This document shows, piece after piece, positions 54,291 to 64,000 of a stretch of DNA of 64,000 bases. Within the stretch, counting starts at the first letter, position 1, and each line of letters opens with the position of its first letter. Source of the stretch: Glycera tridactyla (Eukaryota); contig OZ286462.1 of the NCBI GenBank assembly GCA_965644265.1, forward strand, positions 44,268,001-44,332,000, read 5' to 3'. Under the pieces are notes generated by a model. The model did not search any database and had not been told where the DNA came from. It saw only the letters and a program-made list of their open reading frames with translations. Position numbers and translations under genes: made by a program.

Positions 54291-55545
54291 CCGGCCCATA
54301 GCTGCATCATTATTCAACATCAATCATATTTTTCACTACATTCTTCAGTTTTACACTGGTAATGACAAGTGATATATTCCGTTAATTTGATATTCTACGC
54401 ATGCTGGACACAACACTAGTGTATTGTAATACAAAGCTGCAAGCACCACTTCTATGATGAGACCAGCATTACGTCTAGTTCAGGAATGATGAATGGCAAT
54501 CATTTGAGCAGCGTGACTAACAACATTATCATATTGTGTGACAGTGGAATCAATGCATACTACTCACATCCGTGTCACTGTCACCATGATGAAACGCGAC
54601 AACGTATGTAAATACCATAGCCACAGATCACTCAATTGGATGCCCTTTGTAACTGCATAATTTTTATTGACCGAACATGGTACTGATCTTCTCGAGGGGC
54701 TTGTTGTCACTCGCGACAATCCTACCGATGACGTATATATTTATTGTGTGTCAGTGTGGGCTGTCTGTCAGTCGCGACATCCCCGTGATTTGTTGCCACG
54801 TTGTAGATTAGAGCCGAGGGAGCAAAACACACGCCTCTCAGATTGATCACTTCCACTCATGTTTGTTTTTTGCCAATTGACTTTTTCTGTAAAATGACTG
54901 ACAGGTATACTACACTGATTGCTTCTCAAAACATGCCAACATTAGCCGGGTATCAATATTCTATGACAACCACTGCTGCAATCATCAGACTTGATGATCC
55001 CTGCATGAAGGGTGCCCAACGGATTCCTTAGTGAAATTCACACTTTGGGGGTTTGTCTCTCAGTCATTATATCGAAATCATGGGGCATCAGAAATATGAG
55101 AAACTATCAGGAAATATTTGGCCAATCACCATTTACAAAAGGGACTGAAAAGAACAAACGAAGGTCAGTTATCCTACTCACTGCTCTTAGATACAGCACT
55201 GAGACCTTTTCTTTTGGGTTGCAATGGGAGGTGAAAATATATGGCTGCCCCGACCACTCAAGAGAAATATTAGTGGAGATTGATGCACGCATACTTGATA
55301 GAGATGGCTGTGATAGCTCATAAGCTTCTATCCAAACAATACTTTCGAAAACATCCACAGATTTGAATGGATACTATATGTATTACATGGCAGTTGACCA
55401 TTACTGAAAACTAACATCAGTACATGTGTGAAGTTATGCATCTTGTAAGAGGCAAAATGTAATCTATAATGTTGACTAGGTTCCTAGTTTCACCAACCAA
55501 GCGGTGGGCACAGTAATCAGGGCCTCTTGAAAAATCGCAATTTTG

Positions 55546-55870
55546 CTAGCTTTTAGTAACATTCCAGTTGTTTGTGAAACAGTCCTGATGAAAAACTAGG
55601 ATTTTGATAATTTCACTATTCAAGAAGAAGCCATAGTAGTTAGGTCTTCCTAACTTAATGGTAATTGTGTTAGGTTTCAGATGACCATTTTCAGCAGCTA
55701 CTGAAACAAATTTGTTGCAAATTTTGGAATCAGATAGCCCTATCATCCCGGGAGGTTTTTTGATAGTTTCACTATTCAAGAAGCTAGCAAAGGTATCTTG
55801 GAGACTCGTGAATTAAAGGCAACTTGTTGGGCTCTAAACCATTTCAGCAGATACTGAAATGACCCCAGTA
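55546..55870. repeat. Diverged two-copy repeat, about 160-bp period
   Basis: ttgata(a/g)tttcactattcaagaag and ccattt(t)cagcag(c/a)tactgaaa each occur twice. Confidence 0.7.
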
Positions 55871-56370
55871 GCAAAGCCCAGATTTAGATAGTTCTCTTAT
55901 CTTGTGAAGTTTTTTACCAGCTGATTTGATGTGAGTTGTGCGGGGGATGAACGTGATCAGAGAGAGACTCATAATCCAACTGCCACATCTGCTCTTGTGC
56001 TCCCTCAATCACATCCAATAGAAAGTACAGCTGACTCTTGCTATCGGTGCTCAAATCTGTTTGCCAACCGCTGAACAACCCAGACACTCGTCATCTCAAT
56101 CGCAAAACATCTCCAAATCTAATAGACTCGCTAGCAAGTGCTCCCACATTTGTGACCTCAGCGCCACCATGAAATATGTATGAAAGGTAAGATTTTGATG
56201 GAACTTTTGAATTAGTCTGGCAGGAAATAGACTGAAATTGTGATCTAGACCACAGTTTTCAACAAAATATAGTGTAACCTGCAAAAAGAGACATTTCTGT
56301 GGGACTTTAGAATTAGTCCAGCAGGAAATAGACACAAATTGTGATCTAGAAGACAATTTTCAACAAAATA

Positions 56371-56537
56371 CAGTGTAGCCTGCAAAGAGAGAGCCTCGTG
56401 TCGACGAAATATGGTCTCTCAAACAAAGTGGTCTCCTGTCAGAGGTATATCTGACTATGCTGAATCAAAAAGCTGCCTGAACAAGCGGTCCCCTGTCAGA
56501 GGTGGTCCCTCATCACAGGGTCTCTTGTTACAGCCAT
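56371..56537. mobile_element. Degenerate Tc1/mariner-type MITE
   Basis: ta-cagtgtagcctg start and gaggtatatctgactatg core shared with the 19.7-20.1 and 33.1 kb copies. Confidence 0.65.
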
Positions 56538-56808
56538 GTATACCTGAAAAAACAATTTGTGAAGTTTCATGATCATTCCAGTGTTAAAAATTGAAATCCA
56601 AAAGGTATAATGTCAGTATTTATTTGGATGTTGGGCTATACTGAGACTGCTCATTCTGAATTCATAATAGGTGCTGTAGTCTTATGGAGACCATAGACCC
56701 ATGAAGAATTCAAACTTGGAATCATGCTTCAAATCCAGACTCATGATGCTTGACGATTCGAAAGACTGGAGGAAATAAATAAGGTGGGCTCTACTAGATG
56801 AATCTATA

Positions 56809-56968
56809 CAGTTTAACCTGTCTTAAGCAGCCACTACACTGAGCAGCCACCTATCCTAAGCAACCACTTTTGAATTAAGAAGTGAAGGTTTGTCCACTAT
56901 AATTCCCCTGACCTAAGAAGCTGCTTTTTGATTTCCTGATGTGTAGCTGCACAGAGCAGATTTGACAG
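56809..56968. mobile_element. Tc1/mariner-type MITE
   Basis: Ends cagtttaacctgtc / gcagatttgacag, TA on both sides. Confidence 0.65.
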
Positions 56969-59900
56969 TATTTGCTACAAGCTATCTCGGATCAGCATCA
57001 TTACCACTTGTGTATCTCAACTGCATTTATTGTGAATAGTAAGTCGAGTTAATAAAGCCATAATGATGAGTAGCAAAGAGCACTCATTTAATTGGCGCAC
57101 AGCTTGCAAACCCATTTCTTCACTCGATACATGACATGATGGTCTCCATAAATAGCAGCTGAGACGCCGACACTGCCCTTGAATCAATATCAGCCCGATA
57201 ATTCCCCAGCATCATTTGATGCTTTCCTCGGAAATTAGTTTCAGGGTATCAAGCTTATATGCGCACATGTAGATCCACTGATTTATGTGCCGGCTGGAGT
57301 GTTTAGTACAAATGACTTGTTCCTGACTTGCTCACCCACCTAACAATTGTAAATCCTGGCATTGCCAACAGTTGCAAATCTCGGAATTGGAATGGACTAT
57401 CTTCCTGCGGCATTAGCCAGGGATCACACATGTCCCCTGACATGATATTACTTGTCCACTACCTCTTCCCTCCAGGCATATTTCAACACAGGTGCATTAG
57501 AAAGTTTGATATGAATAGTACATAATATCTAGATCTCTTTCTGGCTGATGATAACTGCCAGCCTCAGACCATATCTATTACACATGCTATAATCCGGAAT
57601 GTGATTGGATCACTACAAAAACCACTGCATTTTGAACCATTCAAACCCTGAACAATCACGGATAAAAGGAATGGAAGAATAAAAGATCATCAAAAATTGC
57701 AGGATTTTAAACCACCTATACTCTTGTCTACCTCTGATGATAATAGTCTGATGTAAATACAAAAACCAGAAACATGGAAATCCATGGATCAGTGGAGCAA
57801 TCACACTGCTGAATAATTGATGAACTGTTGCCATGGTTTTCAGTAATGTTTAAGTGGCATTTCACTGAAAAGTCATACTTATTAAGAAGAACATGAATCT
57901 AGGATGCAGAGATATCCTTCACTGATCATGTCAAGCTCATTTACTTGCCTGCTTGCCCTGACCCTTTGGTGAGGAGCATAATTTGCATTGTTTGAATTTC
58001 AAGACTGCCATCTGACTATTCATGTTGTTACAGTTTCCAAGCAAAACAAACCCTATTTCCCAAGTAAAATGCCAAATTTGCAAAGCCAAATGACCCCAAT
58101 CACTGGTATCAAAATCAATAATGAATGTATGTGAGAGAGATGGATCAACTGTGCCTTCTCTGCTATCAACTTCAATGCAAAGGATGAAGTACAAGATTGA
58201 AACATCATATGATCAGAAAAGTGTGCTTGCCATCGCAAGATAAATATAACATATATAACAGAAGCCGGCAATGAAACAAACAGATCACGTGAGTTTATGA
58301 TATATGAGCACAGCAAGCCGTCTCGGAGTACCTGTAGAGTACCATAGAGAGAACATATTGAGACATGATACATCCAATACCAGCTTAGATATCCATCACT
58401 TGTCCATTTCACTTACATCTAGGTATATGCTAAACCGGATTAGGTTCCGCTGATTTATATCGTTTTACAAGAAAACCGTAGCTACTATGAGCAACTGATA
58501 CAATTCCGTATGCAGCTAAGCTAGAGTGAATTGGCTTCTTGCATCTTTATTGATACAGGCATATATCTCATAAACTGAGGCAAAGTTATTTTCTTGGAGC
58601 AACTATGGTGCTCATACTTATCAACTCACTGAATCCTGAATGCCCCATCTTGATTTGTGAAGACAGCAATATCGTTTATAGAAGTGCAACCAGGAAAAAA
58701 GAAAACATCAACTGGTGTTTATATTTGCAAAAATATTGGAGGTATTAGAATGCATTAATAATTAATGACTTACAGAACATCTATCCATTGGTAAGATATC
58801 AAAGGATTGACGACATTTCAGAAATCAGTCCTCAAGTTGATACTGTTCTATTATAGACAATCAAGTGACCAAGAACAGCGATCAATAAGTCAATTCTCAT
58901 TATTCAATTTTTACCACCTTACACAAAAGTAGGGAGAATTTTCATAGGCTGCCAATGCTGTCAGATTTCAAGGTCATGTAGGGCTAGTACCTGACATGTT
59001 AACAAAGTCATAATCAGATTGGACAGATGTTCATGCAAGAGATAAAAGCTAGCAGTTATCCTTTTTCAGTGATGATTGAAGTCCAATGCTCATGAATAAT
59101 TTCACTGACAACTGTTATAGCCGTATTTCAATGTCTCAAAATGTGCAGCATGCTTGGCAGGCTGTGAATCACAGTCAGTAACTGACACTCGATACCAAAA
59201 CAATATTATGTGACAAATAAAGAGTGAACTGGCGACTACTAGTGGTGGATACAATATATTGCCACTTATGTTGACTAAATCTAAAGTTGGCAAATAAAGG
59301 CCATGTTGGCCGGCAACTGGGGAAGTTGGTAAACATGTGCAGTTGATGGTTTTGTGAGGCCGGGACTTCGCCACAGGCATTTCTTGGGTGGCTGTAGGTC
59401 AAACAAGGATCTTCAGACAGAGATGGGGATGCATTCATCAAAACTGAAAGAACTACCACTCTGAGACAGTATTAGATATATATATCATGAATCCATGATC
59501 ATCACTTTGTCATGGCAAATACTGTACGGGTATCTTTATTGATATGAAAATATCCTGGAAATTCCGTATAAAAATTTCAAATAAACCAAGGAAGAAATCC
59601 AATGTTTTCATTTGTTAGTGATCAGAAACTTGGTGATGTTAGAAAACTCCCATCTATTCAGAGTGGTTTCAGCATTATATGAAATGAACCCTGATATCTT
59701 TTTTCATCAGGTAGCTGAGGTTGCTGGTATATACACATCAGCAACGTGCAGTATTGTCCATTCGCTCTCCGCTACTTTCTTCGGTATTGACATAGCATAT
59801 CAATGCCGGACAATTGACTCCACAGCACACACTACTCGCCGTCAGAAATGCCACACACCAGCAAGAAGTAAAAGTCACTGCAAGTTGCTGCTTGAGACGA

Positions 59901-60589
59901 TAAACATAATCTAGTGCCTTGTGAAAGGTTTTTACCACAAAAAGGCATATCTTATTCACTACAACTCATCCTACTCAACATGCCAGCCTGGACAGTTTGC
60001 GAAACTAAAGTTTGGATGCATCGCAGATTTCCGAAATTGAGCGGAATTTGTTCCCTTTCAGTTCAAGAAAAAAGGGCATTCCTCCATGGAATTTATCAGA
60101 ATATGTGTACCATATATTGAATTGTCTTGAGTCCCACAGATTGGATTGGCCTGCCAGGTCTCCCTTCTACAGGGGTCTGAAAATTCAAGTGGTCAAAACC
60201 CTGACCTGGTTTTTTTCACTGATGACCTCTGCTAATGTATTATTTCTTCCTCTGTGTCCCTTTGAGTGATGTTTCTACCAGTTCCTCAGTATCTATTGGA
60301 TTGATTCAGGGGACATCATGGCACATGATTTCTTTGAAAAGGGGATACACCCAATACTACATGTGAAAAGCCTCCGGATGTTACCCTGCAAAAGGTATCG
60401 AAAACCAAAGGTGATGGCATGGAATGATGATTGAGAAAACATGACATCTCAGTATTATAATTTGAATGATTGAAATCATGCATAGTAAGATTCATGAAAA
60501 TATCCTCAGTGTGTGTGAAATTTGTGCATGAATCCAACCTGACCATATGCTATATTCCAAATCACTGAATTGGGAGAAATCCAAACATT

Positions 60590-61159
60590 CAGGGCGCGAA
60601 GACATTGCCTCCCGAACGTCCCGGGCGTGCCGAAATCGGGGTCGGGCGGGTAGCTCATTGACCTACACGTCTTTTCCGGGCGGGCACTTTTGCGAATATT
60701 TCTGTCGAATCGAATCTGAAAGTCACGAAAACGAAGTTTATTTGTCAAATTCGCAGGCGAGTTTCGGAAGATGAATCGCCATCTTTAAAGCGGGAGGTGA
60801 GAAAGAACCGACACAGATATCTGTCGCGATTCCTGATTGGCTGAATCGAGAATTGCGGCGAAATCCGCCAATCAGCGACCTGCTTTCATGGAGCTCACGT
60901 CGCGAGATGTCAACAAGATGCGCAGAAGACGATTTTCGATCACCTGCGCAGGTTTCGGAACCACGAGGAAGCCGATCCAACAAATAAAGTTTATCACGTT
61001 TGCTGTGTTTTTCAAGGCCATTCGACGTATATATACGAGTGTTTCCTCAATCCCGATGACATTCGTGTACAGACGGGTTGTTTTTCGACAGGGGCGGGTG
61101 ATTTTGAATTTCACCCGCCCGTTCAGGCGGGTGGTTTTTCCCGATGTCTTCACACCCTG
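60590..61159. mobile_element. 570-bp CpG-rich CAGGG-ended non-autonomous DNA transposon with 5-bp TSD
   Basis: 16-bp TIR CAGGG(C/T)G(C/T)GAAGACAT, perfect flanking direct repeat ACATT (60585-60589, 60160-style position 61160-61164), abrupt GC/CpG rise confined to the element. Confidence 0.85.
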
Positions 61160-62022
61160 ACATTGCAACCAATCATTTCATTACAGACAACCTCTAAGAG
61201 GACCTATGAAGTATACATATCTAAGTTGAATCACCTAATATTCATAAGTATTTCTGAATGATGTAGAAAGGAATCGGTGGTTTTTTGTGAGTGTATTCAG
61301 TGACTAAAATGCACATCTGCTTGGTATAATGCATGCCTTATGCATTCATCTCTCTTCTATTAAACATGACATTTTAACAGGAAATTGTCTGGCAGGGCTG
61401 CAGCAATTTATTGATTTTATGCCACCTGATTCTAATATCAAATTTGTGGTAATAGTTGGTTTTAGAAGTAATTTCCTGGAAACGGTAGCCTGCTCTGGAT
61501 CAGATTTAAGACCAAAATGAGCAATGGACATAATTTTTATCTACGTGGTAAATCTGCAATTCATCTGAGTTTCTGGATGCATCTTCACACTTGTTTCTAG
61601 AGATGGAATTATGAATAGGAACTATTCATTAAAGGAAGTTTAGCCACAATTCAAGAGATATTTCAATGATTTTTTTCATCACGAGGAATAAATATGTTTT
61701 GGTTGAAATTGGTAACAATGTAAGATGAAACCAAACCATTAAACAGCGACTGTGTTAAGATTTTTGTCATTTAAACTGAATACTTTCACAATACAAGGTG
61801 ATAAAATATCCACTGGATCATCAAGCTTGGCTACTGCTTCACCACTCAAAATATTTTTGACATAAAGCAAATTTGCATGGACTTTTTTGAGAGAACACCG
61901 ATTTTGGCTGGTGTATTTGTAATGACCCAAATTCAAGATACAGTCAATCAGAACTTGAAAAGGGGGACACCTGATGATACATGTGAAAAGCTCACCATAT
62001 CTCCCTCTGGATGTAACCAGTA

Positions 62023-62400
62023 CAGTTGCTGTTGTTCTTAGTTGCTGTGGTTCCCAGTTGCTATGGTTCTCAGCTGCTATTGTTCTCAGTTGCTATGGAT
62101 TCCAGTTGCTATGGTTCCCAGTTGCTATGGTTCCCAGTTGCTACGGTTCTCAGTTGCAATGGTCCCAAGTTGCTATGGTTCTCAGTTGCTATGGATTCCA
62201 GTTGCTATGGTTCCCAGTTGCTATGGTTCCCAGTTAATATGGATTCCAGTTGCTATGGTTCTCAGCTGCTATTGTTCTCAGTTGCTATGGATTCCAGTTG
62301 CTATGGTTCTCAGTTGCTATGGTTCCCAATTGCTCTGGTTCTCAGTTGCAATGGTCCCAAGCTGCTATGGTTCTCAGTTGCTATGGATTCCAGTTGCTAT
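62023..62400. repeat. 16-bp minisatellite, about 24 copies
   Basis: Unit cagttgctatggtt(c/t)c with variants. Confidence 0.97.
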
Positions 62401-64000
62401 GCTTGATGCATTCCTTCGATATATTTCCCAGTCGATATATTTCCCAGTCATTTAGCTTCTTTAGATACTACATCAACTGAGTGCACCCATCTCAAAGTCT
62501 TGGATTGCCTCTGATTGGTATGTGTCCCAATTGAATCAGAATTTGGTGAATTGAGCCCCTGAAGGCATGGATATACACAAGCAATATGGTGCTGTCATCC
62601 CAAACATGACAATGTGCTGACTCAGCATCGGCGGGAACAATCGCCATCGGATCCAGGTTGACAGGGAACACAAATCTGATATTGGCTATTATCTCTCCAC
62701 TCTTATCTCGTCAACATCATCAGGTGCTTACCAAGATACATCATCCTCTCAAAATGCTTTCCCTAAATGTTTTCCAATAGGATCTATTGTGAATGAAGTG
62801 CAAAAATCCTAGAAAGAATTAATGATTAGTCATACCAATCCTACACAAGCAACTTCTTCAGCAAATACCTTGTTATCCTCATTTCACCTGGATTACATAA
62901 GGAATTTTAGGAAGTAAAACATTTTCACCCCTTGCAGTGTTGCTTTATTTCAGGATTGACAGAATGCAAACCAATAACAATCAGGAGAAGATGTTTTTGA
63001 CAGCATCCAATCAATTTGAAGAGGGCACCCCTGCCTTCAGACCTATCTCCTTCTGAATTTGACATGGTTCATACTGAATTCAAATGTAAGCTTGAACTGA
63101 AATTGATGGAAGCGGCCATATGAGAAACAAAGTGGGTGATGGCGAAGAGGAATATAAGAGAATTTTGCCGAAGGTATGGGTATCAGAAGGACAACACTCA
63201 TGTGTGTTGATGGAGATCATCAAAAAATCAATAAGGATCATTACAGATCTATTTACTACATGTAACCACCATCATCATGTATGACATTTGACCCCATTCC
63301 CATCATGCTTTGCAGCAAATCTCACAATAAGACAGTGCTTCTTAATCTTGGAGCAAGAAGTCATCATGCAAATGCAATTATACTAACATGATTACTAACC
63401 TGTGGTGGACACAAATTGCTATTTTGACAACTGTAGGAAGTCTTTTCTGCCTATTACCGGTCTCCCCGGCTGATTTCCTGTGGCAATCGATGTCCTTTGA
63501 AACGACTTGTAAATTACATTGCCTTTTGATGGATGAAGTCTCCAGCACTAGTCGTCCTGCGCCCAGCAGAATAGCAGCTGTTATCTAATCTATGCACTAT
63601 TCTGCTGCCTATTAGGAAGAATCCATACATCTTGTCCAGTTTTCATGCCGTTCTGTCCTACTTCCCAACACAGCATGAGTTTGTACCAAAACTTTCCTCT
63701 TACCATGGGTACTCTTGAATAATCCTTCCCATGCTTGTGCTCATGAGCAGTCAATTCTCTTTGTTTTTAGTGCTGTACTGACAATACAACACTGAAGTAT
63801 TTTACTCACATTTCCCAATTTCTCAAAATTGTAATTTTGAAGCCTGTTCATGGTCATCATTTTCTAGTCAACACCACTGGTGTATAGATGATCTGTCAAG
63901 TGGCATGAAGTCATCAAATTGTTTCAATTAGGATGTCTTCCTTGACCTATCACATCAAGCAATCAAATCTGAACATCACATATCTTTTATCAATCAAAAA

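Noticed and set aside
54990-55340. 103-aa + strand ORF as an exon or gene
   Set aside because: Adjacent frames show KYL and FFW motifs suggestive of decayed LINE ORF2; too weak to call either way
60506-61168. Overlapping ORFs of 75-107 aa as a host gene first exon
   Set aside because: They lie largely within a TIR/TSD-bounded element, where high GC reduces stop frequency; no recognisable domain
1835-62400. Tandem arrays (53, 147 and 16 bp) as CRISPR-like arrays
   Set aside because: Units are contiguous and homologous along their whole length, with no unique spacers and no cas genes; the context is eukaryotic
61974-62480. Cys/Ser-rich ORFs of 76-137 aa
   Set aside because: All + frames are open because the 16-bp unit has no stop codon; the unit is not a multiple of 3
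63440-63500. Penelope-like PGRPVIG motif on the minus strand
   Set aside because: Single short motif; no downstream RT motifs recognisable
1-64000. rRNA, complete tRNA, snRNA or conserved miRNA genes
   Set aside because: None recognised by eye; only SINE-type A/B boxes were seen. An Infernal/Rfam and tRNAscan-SE run would be needed to exclude them

Overview
Eukaryotic genomic DNA, AT-rich, most consistent with a marine-invertebrate-type animal genome (inference from repeat content; species not identifiable). It comes from a gapped draft assembly with three N-gaps. The window looks almost entirely intronic or intergenic, with no prokaryotic features, no CRISPR array and no long intact gene. 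It is dominated by: (i) more than a dozen short TA-flanked Tc1/mariner-type MITEs; (ii) three CAGGG-ended non-autonomous DNA transposons, two with 5-bp target-site duplications, one being a 570-bp CpG-rich element; (iii) heavily decayed retroelement remnants (best supported: L1/Tx1-like at about 13.6-17.4 kb), a tRNA-derived SINE and a possible Crypton-like fragment; (iv) tandem repeats of 16, 34, 53 and about 147 bp, several two-copy duplications and microsatellites. Several splice-site-bounded open segments could be exons of a large-intron gene (best: 42684-42871, + strand), but I could not recognise the protein and such candidates also arise by chance here. Nearly all ORFs in the supplied track are noise, repeat-derived or span N-gaps. 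All homology calls are by-eye motif recognition, not database results.
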